Source: Gammaproteobacteria bacterium
GTDB lineage: Bacteria > Pseudomonadota > Gammaproteobacteria > Pseudomonadales > Azotimanducaceae
Direction of reading: 5' to 3'
Length of the DNA stretch: 64,000 nt
NCBI GenBank assembly: GCA_002725995.1
Contig: PBRQ01000028.1
Coordinates: 743-64,742 of the forward strand
The notes under the pieces were generated by a model. That model saw nothing but the letters and a program-made list of their open reading frames with translations. It was not told where the DNA came from and searched no databases. Positions 18,360 to 27,903 of this stretch are shown here, in pieces. The number at the start of each line of letters is the position of its first letter. Within the stretch, counting starts at the first letter, position 1. Made by a program: the position numbers and the translations under genes.

Positions 18360-18836
18360 ATGGCGGTAAGTGCAGCTGAGATTGAAATAGGAAAACGATT
18401 GTTCATCGAGGGTTGGGGTGGTGATACACCCGAAGCTCCACTGCAATTTATGACTGAAGACGTTGTCATGCGAGATATTCTAGGGCATGCCGAAGCCATG
18501 CGCGGGCACCAGGAAGTGGTAGATTTCTGGGGTAAAGCTGCCGGAAATCTGCGCGTGCCACCGGAAGAGATCTTCGTCTCGGAAAATGGTATGTCCATGA
18601 CCTGGATGGCTTACGTCCGGATACTTGATGACAGCCAGGGAGCAGAAAATAAGGGCAGGTGGATGTGTGGCGAAGGCATGTCTCGCCTCGAGTTTCGAGA
18701 TGGCCTGGTTTGCCTTGAGGTTGACTACTGGAATGGACCCCAGGGGACATGCGATGACTGGGCCGAGCATCTTGCAGCCAGGGCTGCTATGACTGCGGAG
18801 CAACTGGGTCAAATTACCGGTGGGGATCTAAAGTAA
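18360..18836 (+). CDS. SnoaL-like (NTF2 superfamily) protein
   Basis: IGKRLFIEGWGGD...MRGHQEVVDFWGK...GMSRLEFRDGLVCLEVDYWN. AAGGAG RBS. Confidence 0.65.
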   Translation: MAVSAAEIEIGKRLFIEGWGGDTPEAPLQFMTEDVVMRDILGHAEAMRGHQEVVDFWGKAAGNLRVPPEEIFVSENGMSMTWMAYVRILDDSQGAENKGRWMCGEGMSRLEFRDGLVCLEVDYWNGPQGTCDDWAEHLAARAAMTAEQLGQITGGDLK

Positions 18837-18990
18837 ATTCCTGACAGGAACTGAAGAGCGCGGGTTGATCGGACAAGAATGCGTTAGAGCTTGTGCGGGA
18901 TAGCTGTGATGAGGCCGACTAGAAGAGCCTTGAGAAACACTGTGGATATTAGTCTGCAGGCACTTGTCTATAGGAACAGGAGAACAAGGG

Positions 18991-19437
18991 ATGACATTAC
19001 CGGTACCACCTGATGCTGCAATGATTTTGCAGAACAGCATCGTTACGCTTCGGGACGTCTTGTTACCGCTCACCAAAGATGATGAATATGCCCGCTTCAA
19101 TGGTGGCTTACTCGTTGGTGCGCTTGAATATGCACTTGCCTCCCTGGAGGAAGACAGGGCCAGCAAGAATCGAACCGGGTTGGCGGCGGCACTGGAAGAA
19201 TTACGGCCAGCACTGCTGCAGGCTGATAACGCCGAACTGATCGCCATGATCGATCTGGCATCCCCATTTGAAGCAGCATCGAAGTTGCTGGTATGGGGGC
19301 AGAACAACCCTGGAGAACTGGCGAATGAAGTGCAAAAAATATTGCGGGCGGAGCTAAATTTGCAACTTGATACAGAGTTAGGCGCATCAGTGCCGATAAT
19401 GGGTGCGTTTATGGCCGGTATGCGAGGTGATGTTTGA
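18991..19437 (+). CDS. Small helical protein translationally coupled to the APH-family kinase (putative kinase partner)
   Basis: AGGAG lies 8 nt before ATG 18991. Its stop TGA overlaps the TTG start of the kinase (TTGA). DVLLPLTKDDEYARFNGGLLVGALEYAL resembles TTILPELTSSDAKFSALMATEVLSYL in the N-terminal extension of kinase 2956..4431. The Ser-rich antisense ORF 18828..19454 is rejected. Confidence 0.6.
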   Translation: MTLPVPPDAAMILQNSIVTLRDVLLPLTKDDEYARFNGGLLVGALEYALASLEEDRASKNRTGLAAALEELRPALLQADNAELIAMIDLASPFEAASKLLVWGQNNPGELANEVQKILRAELNLQLDTELGASVPIMGAFMAGMRGDV

Positions 19438-20396
19438 ATAAGGAAAAGCGACATGCCGCTTTAGCACCCTACCTTCGGGACATTTTAGAGGCTGATGATA
19501 GTGTTGCTATCGTTGCTGAAAATCGCCTGACCATGGGGCAGTCACGGGCGATGTTTGTGTTGGACCTGGAATATGCCAAAGATGGTGCGGCGATCCAGCG
19601 CAAGGTAGTGGTCCGTGTTGAACAGTGGGGGCACCTGGGTTCCGATAGCGAGAATGAAGTGAATATCATGCGTGCCCTGCATGCGCTGGACTACCCGGTC
19701 GCAGAGATTCTGGGCTATGAGACATCAAGCGATTTACTTGAACAGCCCTTTTTTGTCATGGGCTTTGTGCCTGGCGTGAGTACCTTCTCGGAGGATACGG
19801 CGGATGAATATATTGCTGCACTGCATCGCCTGCACTCTATTGATGCGACCAGTGACGCCTTTGACTTCCTTGAAACACCAGGGGCACCACATGGTGCAGC
19901 CCTGCAGCAGGTGGAACGGTGGTATGACACTTATCGCTCCCACATAGTGGGTGAACCATCACCCCTGGTTGAGGAAGCGACACAGTGGCTGCGCAATAAT
20001 GCCCCGGAGAATGAGCGGGTAACTCTCGTCCATGGTGATCCAGGCCCTGGAAATTATCTCTATGACGATGGACATGTTACGGCGGTCGTTGACTGGGAGT
20101 TTATTCACAAGGGGGATCCATACGATGACTGGGCCTACCTGATTGCCATGCGAGGTGTGGCCTACCTGCAGGAAGACGACTGGATCGCAAGAATTGAAAA
20201 GATCACCGGCAGCAAAATAGACCGGCAGCGGCTGGAATACTGGAAGGCGGTCAACTTCCTGATGGGTGTCGGTATTGATCAGACATCGCACCGGATATAC
20301 GCCGATCACCAGAATCCAGCACCCAACCTACTGGCTATTGCAACGGGGGTTCACCTGTCGGCGCTAAGACGTTTGTGTAATGCGATATTCTTGTGA
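19434..20396 (+). CDS. APH-family phosphotransferase (kinase)
   Basis: LVHGDPGPGNYLYDDGHVTAVVDWEFIHKGDPYDDWAY (HGDxxxxN...DWE). The start is probably TTG, overlapping the upstream stop. Confidence 0.85.
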   Translation: MNKEKRHAALAPYLRDILEADDSVAIVAENRLTMGQSRAMFVLDLEYAKDGAAIQRKVVVRVEQWGHLGSDSENEVNIMRALHALDYPVAEILGYETSSDLLEQPFFVMGFVPGVSTFSEDTADEYIAALHRLHSIDATSDAFDFLETPGAPHGAALQQVERWYDTYRSHIVGEPSPLVEEATQWLRNNAPENERVTLVHGDPGPGNYLYDDGHVTAVVDWEFIHKGDPYDDWAYLIAMRGVAYLQEDDWIARIEKITGSKIDRQRLEYWKAVNFLMGVGIDQTSHRIYADHQNPAPNLLAIATGVHLSALRRLCNAIFL

Positions 20397-20502
20397 TATT
20401 GCCTAGGGCGCGGTTGCACCCTTAACATCCGCTCACGTTATATCACGACCTGCAGCCGAGGCGGGTGACACAATTCTCCACTGGCGAGCACAAGCCATGT
20501 TG

Positions 20503-22398
20503 CTAGAGGGTTCGGCCGACCTCGTGGCCCTCAACTATGGCTTCCCTGAATCTGTCATGACCATTGGCATCACCAATGACATGTATGTCTGTAACCTGTG
20601 TTTTTAGGGATTCGGCCAGTTCCTTGTCCGCGTCATAGCCAATGGCAAGAACGATCGTGTCCACCTTGAAGAAACGGGTCTTGCCGTTGATCGTCACGCT
20701 AGCACCTTCGGGCGTGATTTCTTCAATCGTCGTAAACTCATGGGTCATCACACCTGCCATTGCCACGTTGTCCAGCATTGCGGGTCTATTGAACATTGAG
20801 AAGTCCCTCGCCAGTTCACTACGTGCGACCAGGTCCACAGCCCTGCCCTGCTTGGCCAGTAGTTCTGCTGTTTCTAGACCGACCATGCCGCCACCAATAA
20901 CCAGGACCTTTTGCCCCACCGGTACTTCGCCTGTTATTGCCGTTTCGGCTGGCACGACATTGTCACCCTCCATGCCCAGCACATTGAGCCCCCTTGGTTT
21001 TGCGCCAATAGCCAGAACCACGGCATCCGGCTTGACCTCGCTGACGAGGTCAGCATTCACTTCTGTGTCTAGCTCGATTTTGACGCCAGCTTTTTTCATA
21101 CCTGTTTCAAGGTATTTTCTGAAGTCATCGACATCTTCTTTGCCATGACCGGCTGCAGCAGCATACAGTAGTCCACCCAGCCGATTGTCTCTCTCGTACA
21201 GGGTTACATCATGTCCTCTCTCGGCTGCTACCCTTGCCGCTTCCATGCCCGCAGGGCCGGAGCCGGCAATCATGACCTTCCGTGCTTTTTCGGCCGGCCC
21301 AAACTCAGTCTCGGCTTCATAGCATAGCCGGGCATTGACGGCACAGCTCATGTGATCGTACTTGGATCGGTCAAAACATGTGTTGCAACCAAGGCAGGGT
21401 GTTATCGTCTCCGAGAGTCCAGCCTGCGCCTTGTTGGGCCACTCAGGATCAGCCATCAGCGCTCTTGCCATGCCGATAATATCGGCTTTACCAGATCGGA
21501 GAATCTCTTCAGCCTCACCGGGTTGGGATATTCTTCCTACAGCGATTATTGGGATATCAACGACCTTTTTGATAGCGCCAGCCCAGTCAGCAAAACAGTT
21601 ACGTGGAAATGAGATCATCAGTGGCACACAGGATGAGATAAAACCCCGGTTGTGACTGTTGGCTCCTTCGGAGATGATCAGTGCATCGACGCCTGACTCC
21701 TCAAGCAGCTGGGCAGCGCGGCAGGAATCCCCCAGTGAGATGCCATTGTGCTCCGGCTCCATCGCAGCAAGCCTGAAGGTAATACCAAAATCGTCCCCGA
21801 CCGATTTGCGGATAGCCTCTACGGTTTCAGTCATCCAGCGGACCCTGTTCTCGATTGGTCCGCCGTATTCGTCCTCCCGGTGATTGTCCATTGGCGAGAG
21901 AAACTGCCGCCAGATGTAGGCATGGGTTGCATGTAGCTCCATGAAATCAAATCCGGCTTCCCGCTGGTTGTAGGCGGCTTCCGCGAGCCAGGCCGTGTAT
22001 TGATGCATTTCCTCGACCGTAATTTCGAGTGGCCTCGGGTCGGGCCAGTCAATGGCAATGGATTGTTCCGTCGCCGGTGACCAGCCACCGGAAGGTGTCA
22101 GGGGGCGAGTGTCTGTTTTCTCCGGGCCGTAGATAGCGAGGGACTGGGTACCGACATAACAATCTTCGGCTGCGTCGTGCATGGTTTTTGCGAACCGCTT
22201 AAGTTCCTTGGTCGGGTGGCGAAGTATCTCCATATTGGCCAGACCACCCGTTGTGAGTGCCGCAACGCCACCCCTGGCTCGTGCCGAATAGTAGTTCAAG
22301 GCAGTTGCATTACGGTGGCCAGGATTACCAAGGGGCAGGTGGTAAGTCCTGTTCTTGAAGGTCATGGGTCCGACTTTAATAGGCTCGAAAAGTTTCAT
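20503..22398 (-). CDS. FadH/BaiH-class NAD(P)H:flavin oxidoreductase (OYE TIM barrel + 4Fe-4S + FAD/NAD domains), copy 1
   Basis: MTFKNR OYE-type start; Cys cluster CLGCNTCFDRSKYDHMSC; two dinucleotide folds, IAGSGPAGMEAA and VIGGGMVGLETA. About 88% aa identity to copy 2 over the stretches compared by eye. Confidence 0.85.
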   Translation of the reverse strand: MKLFEPIKVGPMTFKNRTYHLPLGNPGHRNATALNYYSARARGGVAALTTGGLANMEILRHPTKELKRFAKTMHDAAEDCYVGTQSLAIYGPEKTDTRPLTPSGGWSPATEQSIAIDWPDPRPLEITVEEMHQYTAWLAEAAYNQREAGFDFMELHATHAYIWRQFLSPMDNHREDEYGGPIENRVRWMTETVEAIRKSVGDDFGITFRLAAMEPEHNGISLGDSCRAAQLLEESGVDALIISEGANSHNRGFISSCVPLMISFPRNCFADWAGAIKKVVDIPIIAVGRISQPGEAEEILRSGKADIIGMARALMADPEWPNKAQAGLSETITPCLGCNTCFDRSKYDHMSCAVNARLCYEAETEFGPAEKARKVMIAGSGPAGMEAARVAAERGHDVTLYERDNRLGGLLYAAAAGHGKEDVDDFRKYLETGMKKAGVKIELDTEVNADLVSEVKPDAVVLAIGAKPRGLNVLGMEGDNVVPAETAITGEVPVGQKVLVIGGGMVGLETAELLAKQGRAVDLVARSELARDFSMFNRPAMLDNVAMAGVMTHEFTTIEEITPEGASVTINGKTRFFKVDTIVLAIGYDADKELAESLKTQVTDIHVIGDANGHDRFREAIVEGHEVGRTL

Positions 22399-22638
22399 AG
22401 GCTGCTCTCGGTTAGTTCCTAGCTCTGGCTTAATTCCGCAAGAATTGTAGGGTTGTCAGTGTGAGGAGATTTTGGGCCGGTGTAAAGTGCCAGGGAAAAT
22501 TTTACCGTTAGCCGAAGAAATTATGGAGTCCTGCGTAAATTTTGTGGAAGGGGAGTCGCCGATCAAGGTTGTGGAGAGCGCTCAAGGCAACTTGAAATAC
22601 TGGCCAAGAATCCCAACTGAGGTCATGCTCGGCTCCTC

Positions 22639-23430
22639 TTAGAGAGCCGTGCCGCCGTTTACGTCCCACAGGGCACCGGTAACGCCACCGCCTGCATCGG
22701 AGGCTAGAAGCACTGCCACCGCTGCCATTTCCTCGACGGTATTCAACCGGTTTATAGCAGCATCCTTGGCGTAATCCTGAACATATTCATCATAGGTCAT
22801 ACCGAGTGCCGCGGCCGCTTCCGGCCCGGTATCTGTCATCAGGTCAGTCTCAACGGCCCCAGGACAGATTGCGTTGCAGGTGATTCCGAGCTGGCCGTTT
22901 TCAAAAGCCACAGCTTTTGTAAAGCCATTGATAGCGTGCTTGTTAGTGATGTAATGGGACACCATTGACTTGTTGGCCTGCTTTCCCTCCACGGAGGAGA
23001 TATTAATGATGCGCCCCCACTGACGAGTCAGCATATCCTGCAGAGCGCGCCGTGTTGCCCAGAAGGTGGCATTCAACATCCAGTTAAGCGCCTCGTTCCA
23101 GGCTTCATCGCTGAGTGAAGCGACGGGCGCGAAGCCTGAAGATCCCCCGGCATTGTTGACCAGGATATCTATCCTGCCGAATTGATCGATGGTTCCTGTT
23201 ACGGCATCTTCCACCGATGACTGTTCTCTTACGTCGCCGGCAATGAAGTGCGCACTGTCGCCAGCGGCCATTTCAGCAAGGGCCTGATCACCCTTTTCCT
23301 GGGAGCGCCCACTGACCACGACTTTTGCGCCTTCGGCCAAAAAAGCCTCGGCGATGCCGCGCCCGATACCACGGGTTGCGCCCGTAATGAGTGCAACCCG
23401 GTCAGCGAGTTTTTTTGCCACTTCTGTCAC
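22639..23430 (-). CDS. Short-chain dehydrogenase/reductase
   Basis: ITGATRGIGRGIA, NNAGG, YITNKHAINGFTK, CPGAV. Paralogue of 9417..10193. GTG start. Confidence 0.88.
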   Translation of the reverse strand: MTEVAKKLADRVALITGATRGIGRGIAEAFLAEGAKVVVSGRSQEKGDQALAEMAAGDSAHFIAGDVREQSSVEDAVTGTIDQFGRIDILVNNAGGSSGFAPVASLSDEAWNEALNWMLNATFWATRRALQDMLTRQWGRIINISSVEGKQANKSMVSHYITNKHAINGFTKAVAFENGQLGITCNAICPGAVETDLMTDTGPEAAAALGMTYDEYVQDYAKDAAINRLNTVEEMAAVAVLLASDAGGGVTGALWDVNGGTAL

Positions 23431-23472
23431 CCCTATCTTGGACTCCAGACAATTCCTGTGAACCTGGTAGGT

Positions 23473-25371
23473 CTAGAGGTTTCTGCCGACTTCATGACCC
23501 TCAATGATGGCTTCCCTGAACCTGTCATGACCATTGGCATCACCAATGACATGTATGTCTGCATTCTGTTGCTTCAAGGACTCTGCCAGTTCGGTATCAG
23601 CATCATAGCCAATAGCCAGGATGATCGTATCTACCTTGAAGAAACGGGTCTTGCCGTTAATCGTCACGTTAGCACCTTCGGGTGTGATCTCTTCAATCGT
23701 TGTAAATTCATGGGTGATTACGCCAGCCATTGCCACCTTGTCCAGCATTGCCGGTTTGTTGAACATTGAAAAGTCTCTCGCCAGTTCACTACGGGCAACC
23801 AGGTCCACTGCCTTGCCATGATTAGCCAGTAGTTCTGCGGTTTCAAGACCGACCATGCCGCCACCAATGACCAGTACCTTTTGCCCCACTTCTACTTCGC
23901 CCGTTATCGCCAATTCAGCAGGTACGACATTGTCACCTTCCATTCCCAGCACGTTGAGTCCCCTCGGTTTGGCGCCGATTGCCAGAACCACGGCATCCGG
24001 CTTGACCTGGGTGACGAGTTCGGCATTTACTTCTGTGTCCAGCTCTATTTTGACGCCCGCTCGTTCCATGCCTGTTTCCAGGTATTTTCTGAAGTCATCG
24101 ACATCACCTTTACCTTCACCAGCAGCGGCGGCGTACAGCAGCCCCCCGAGGCGGTTTTCTCTTTCGTACAGGGTCACGTCATGGCCTCTCTCAGCTGCGA
24201 TCCTTGCCGCTTCCATACCAGCAGGGCCTGAACCAGCTATCATGATCTTGCGAGCGTTTTCGGCTGGGCCATACTCAGTTTGTTCTTCATAGCAGAGTCT
24301 GGCATTGACGGCGCAGGTCATGTGATCGTATCCCTGGGAATAGTCAAAACATGTGTTGCAACCAAGGCAGGGAATGATTGTCTCAGAGAGCCCTGCCCGT
24401 GCCTTGTTAGCCCACTCGGGATCAGCCATCAAGGCTCTTGCCAGGCCGATGATATCAGCCTGACCTGACTGCAGAATTTCTTCGGCCTCGGCTGGTTGCG
24501 TTATTCTCCCCACGGCGATGACGGGAATATCGACGACCTTCTTAATAGCTCCCGCCCAATGCGCAAAACAGTTGCGATCGAAAGAGATCATCAGGGGTAC
24601 GCAGGAGGAGATAAATCCACGGTTGTGACTGTTGGCTCCCTCAGAGATGATCAAGGCATCGACGCCGGCCTCTTCAAGCAGCTGCGCAGCACGGCTGGAA
24701 TCTCCCAGTGAGATACCATTGTGCTCGGGCTCCATCGCAGCAAGCCTGAAGGTAATACCAAAATCATCACCCACTGACTTGCGGATGGCCTCAACGGTTT
24801 CAGTCATCCAGCGCACCCGATTCTCGATCGGTCCACCGTATTCATCTTCCCGGTGATTGTCCATGGGCGAGAGAAACTGTCGCCAGATATAGGCGTGGGT
24901 TGCATGCAGTTCCATGAAATCAAATCCGGCTTCCCGCTGGTTGTAGGCGGCTTCCGCGAGCCATGCCGTGTACTGATGCATCTCCTCGACTGTAATTTCA
25001 ACCGGCCTCGGATCAGGCCAGTCAATGGCAATGGACTGTTCCGTCGCCGGTGACCAGCCGCCCGAAGGTGTCAGGGGTCGTTTATCTATTTTCTCGGGGC
25101 CGTAGATAGCGAGAGACTGGGTGCCGACATAACAGTCATCCGCCGAGTCGTGGATGGTTTTTGCGAACCGCTTCAGTTCCTCGGTGGGGTGACGAAGTAT
25201 TTCCATATTGGCGATGCCACCCGTGGTGAGCGCTGCAACGCCACCCTCTGCACGTGCTGAATAGTAGTTCAGTGCTGTTTGACTGCGATGGCCAGGCTCA
25301 CCAAGGGGCAGGTGATAAATCCTGTTCTTGAAGGTCATGGGTCCGACTTTAATAGGCTCAAATAATTTCAT
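23473..25371 (-). CDS. FadH/BaiH-class NAD(P)H:flavin oxidoreductase, copy 2
   Basis: Same architecture as copy 1, with CLGCNTCFDYSQGYDHMTC (one-residue insertion), IAGSGPAGMEAA and VIGGGMVGLETA. Confidence 0.85.
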   Translation of the reverse strand: MKLFEPIKVGPMTFKNRIYHLPLGEPGHRSQTALNYYSARAEGGVAALTTGGIANMEILRHPTEELKRFAKTIHDSADDCYVGTQSLAIYGPEKIDKRPLTPSGGWSPATEQSIAIDWPDPRPVEITVEEMHQYTAWLAEAAYNQREAGFDFMELHATHAYIWRQFLSPMDNHREDEYGGPIENRVRWMTETVEAIRKSVGDDFGITFRLAAMEPEHNGISLGDSSRAAQLLEEAGVDALIISEGANSHNRGFISSCVPLMISFDRNCFAHWAGAIKKVVDIPVIAVGRITQPAEAEEILQSGQADIIGLARALMADPEWANKARAGLSETIIPCLGCNTCFDYSQGYDHMTCAVNARLCYEEQTEYGPAENARKIMIAGSGPAGMEAARIAAERGHDVTLYERENRLGGLLYAAAAGEGKGDVDDFRKYLETGMERAGVKIELDTEVNAELVTQVKPDAVVLAIGAKPRGLNVLGMEGDNVVPAELAITGEVEVGQKVLVIGGGMVGLETAELLANHGKAVDLVARSELARDFSMFNKPAMLDKVAMAGVITHEFTTIEEITPEGANVTINGKTRFFKVDTIILAIGYDADTELAESLKQQNADIHVIGDANGHDRFREAIIEGHEVGRNL

Positions 25372-25440
25372 ATGTTGCTCTCAGTTAGTTCTTGTCCCTA
25401 GTTCAATTACTTAAAAATTGGGGTTGTTGGTATAGGGGTA

Positions 25441-26181
25441 TTATATGGTTGTCCAGCCGCCATCGACATCAAGTACCATGCCCGTTGCGTAGTCACATTT
25501 AGCCAGAAACATGGCGGCCTCGGCCATGTCTTCCGGGAAGCCCGGTCGACCCATGGGAATTTTCTCAACAAATTCTCGGCGCAGGCTGTTAACGGGATCG
25601 TCAAGGTTCAAATCTGCATGAGCAGGACGATCTATAATCAGGCCGGGTGAAAGGACATTAACTCTTATTTCTCTCGGTGCCAGTTCCATTGCCAAAGCTT
25701 TACCCATGGAATTCACTGCACCACAGAGGCCAGCGCCACCTGCATATTCGACGATGCCTGCGCGTGCAGCAATGCCAGAACAAAGCATGATCACACTCCC
25801 CGCCGGCATCTTTGGTACCGCGTAGTGGCACGCACGTATCTGACCAAAAAAGCGGGGAGCGAATAGTTCTTCCCACTCTGATACAGGTAGCTCATCGATG
25901 GCACCAAACACGAAGGAGCCGGCACAGGTGGCGAGTAAATCGACTTGTTCGAAGGGCTCGAAGAACTTTGCAACCTGATCATCATTTGCCGCATCAACCT
26001 GGGCATAGGTAGCACCGTGGCCGATGGATGCAACCGCTTCCTTTAGCTTGTCTTCATTTCTGGCCACTATGGTGACATTGGCACCCTCACTTGCGAACCT
26101 GCGGGCTATTGCCAGCCCAATATTGGAACTCCCGCCGAAGACGACGGCATTTTTGCCAGTCAAACTATCCATATAGGGCAC
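25441..26181 (-). CDS. Short-chain dehydrogenase/reductase
   Basis: VFGGSSNIGLAIARRFASEGANV Gly-rich motif, typical SDR length and C-terminal VDGGW. Confidence 0.8.
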   Translation of the reverse strand: MPYMDSLTGKNAVVFGGSSNIGLAIARRFASEGANVTIVARNEDKLKEAVASIGHGATYAQVDAANDDQVAKFFEPFEQVDLLATCAGSFVFGAIDELPVSEWEELFAPRFFGQIRACHYAVPKMPAGSVIMLCSGIAARAGIVEYAGGAGLCGAVNSMGKALAMELAPREIRVNVLSPGLIIDRPAHADLNLDDPVNSLRREFVEKIPMGRPGFPEDMAEAAMFLAKCDYATGMVLDVDGGWTTI

Positions 26182-26229
26182 CTCATTTAGTTTGTTCTTA
26201 ATTGAAATACTTTCGTTATTATCACCATA

Positions 26230-27027
26230 TCAAAGAGTTAACCAGCCGCCATCAATAGGCAGGTAGACCCCGGTTATGTATTCACTCATGGGGGAGCATA
26301 AGAATAGAGCCGCCTTACCGACTTCGTCAGGCTTACCCCAGCGCTCCATCGGTATGCGCGAAATCCTCGAGGCGACCTGATCGTTGAGGGGTTGCCCACT
26401 GTGGGTGGGTACAGCATTCGGGTCAATGGGAGGTTCCGGGAAATCCTGGACCCAGGTAGCGCCAGGTGCCAGCGCATTGACATTGATCTTGTGCTTGGCG
26501 AGTTCAAGTGCCATTGTCTTCGTCATCTGGGTTACGGCTGCCTTGGAACCATCATAGTTAACGCCCACACCGGGAGTAACAGCCTGAGTTGAAGCCATAT
26601 TAATGATGCGGCCACCCTTTCCTGCCTCGATCATGGCGCGTGCCTCTGCGCGACAGCAGTAAAATACACCGTCGAGGTTAACGGACATCAGACCACGCCA
26701 GCGGTCGGTTTCCATGTCGACAAGTGGACCACCAAAACCGTTATAAACTCCGGCATTGTTGACGGCAATATCCAACCCGCCATGTTTGACCACAATATCA
26801 GCGATCGCTTTATCGACCATCTCTTCATTTGACACATCCAATGGCAGCGGCTCTGCACCGAGGGTTGCCGCTGTTTCCTGGACAAGCTCCTCGTTGACAT
26901 CTGAGACTATCACCGTAGCACCGGCAGCCTGCAGGGTTTCAGCAACAGACTTGCCAATGCCATGCGCAGCGCCCGTGATGAGAGCAGTCTTGCCCGTGAG
27001 ATCTAGCCAGTCAGCAGGTGAGGTCAT
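26230..27027 (-). CDS. Short-chain dehydrogenase/reductase
   Basis: ITGAAHGIGKSVA, NNAGV, YDGSKAAVTQMTK, IDGGW. ATG 27027 follows GGAG (the track start is TTG 27042). Confidence 0.88.
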   Translation of the reverse strand: MTSPADWLDLTGKTALITGAAHGIGKSVAETLQAAGATVIVSDVNEELVQETAATLGAEPLPLDVSNEEMVDKAIADIVVKHGGLDIAVNNAGVYNGFGGPLVDMETDRWRGLMSVNLDGVFYCCRAEARAMIEAGKGGRIINMASTQAVTPGVGVNYDGSKAAVTQMTKTMALELAKHKINVNALAPGATWVQDFPEPPIDPNAVPTHSGQPLNDQVASRISRIPMERWGKPDEVGKAALFLCSPMSEYITGVYLPIDGGWLTL

Positions 27028-27139
27028 AAAAATTTTCTCCAAAGGTGTGATGTTAGATAGTATTTTGCTTCATCAGTGTTCATTTCTGCGCTGCAGCATT
27101 TACTTGCAACAGCCAAATTGCCTTACATCCAGGTGAAAT

Positions 27140-27658
27140 CTAGGCGCCTTTTGCTGCTGAGATTTCATTGCATTGTTTCTTCATCATATCCATGCCTGCT
27201 ATGACGGCTTCACTAAAATCGAGAATCTCAATAACTGAACAGTGATTGTCGTTACAATCGAAATAGCTGAATCTCACCTGTCCATCAGACAGGGAGCCCT
27301 GGCCGAGCAACTCGCAGCCTTCAAATGCTGCGACTACCTCATCATATTCCGGAACAACAAAGGCAATGTGGTGCAAACCACTGCGACCCTGATCCTGGAA
27401 TTCCGTATAGATACTCTTGCCTCTGACGGGCTGTATTAACTCAATTTGTACTTCTCCGGCGAAGCCCAGCGCTATAGTCATGGCGCTGTCAGATGTTTGA
27501 CCGCGGTACTGGCAGGTATCACCCAGTTCCACCTCCGAGCGAGCCCAGACGGGTACACCGAGCATTTTGCCGAACCACTCTTCTGCCGTGATAATATCCG
27601 GCACGACATAGGCAGTCTGGAAATAGTACTGGCCTATGGAGTCAAGAATGCTGCTCAT
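27140..27658 (-). CDS. VOC (glyoxalase/bleomycin-resistance/dioxygenase) superfamily protein
   Basis: GLHHIAFVVPEYDEVV metal-ligand style motif. Paralogue of 38241..38753 (GFHHVGCLVTDFEKE). First gene of the minus-strand operon 27658->20503. Confidence 0.75.
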   Translation of the reverse strand: MSSILDSIGQYYFQTAYVVPDIITAEEWFGKMLGVPVWARSEVELGDTCQYRGQTSDSAMTIALGFAGEVQIELIQPVRGKSIYTEFQDQGRSGLHHIAFVVPEYDEVVAAFEGCELLGQGSLSDGQVRFSYFDCNDNHCSVIEILDFSEAVIAGMDMMKKQCNEISAAKGA

Positions 27659-27817
27659 TTTCTTCTTCCTTTCATTGGTTAAGTGTTTAGATATTGGCGG
27701 GGTGCTGCGTCTTCGCGAGTCCTGTAAATGGTGTTTTGTTACCCCAATTCCTCAGTCCATCAATAGGGCAACATGGATACTACCAATTGCATTTAACTAC
27801 AAGCCTTTTGTTTGTGC

Positions 27818-27830
27818 CATATGAAATTGC
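27818..27830 (+). promoter_or_regulatory. Conserved 13-bp box CATATGAAATTGC, copy 2
   Basis: Identical to 7324-7336. It lies 74 nt upstream of ATG 27904 of the P4-P5-Mo-P6 operon. Confidence 0.4.
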
Positions 27831-27903
27831 AACACGTGATAAAATATTGTTACTATCCAGTCAGAAAATGCAAGTTTTAGAATTCACGACCTGAGGATAG
27901 TTG

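Noticed and set aside
18828-19454. 208-aa minus-strand ORF opposite the small kinase-partner gene
   Set aside because: It is extremely Ser/Ala-rich, has no RBS and no operon logic. The + strand ORF has an AGGAG RBS, start/stop coupling to the kinase, and similarity to the N-terminus of the other kinase.
20642-24292. Multiple 60-170 aa + strand ORFs inside both FadH-class genes (for example 20642..21148 and 23855..24292)
   Set aside because: They are antisense shadows. They are duplicated only because the real minus-strand genes are duplicated, and their composition is Ser/Thr/Pro-rich.
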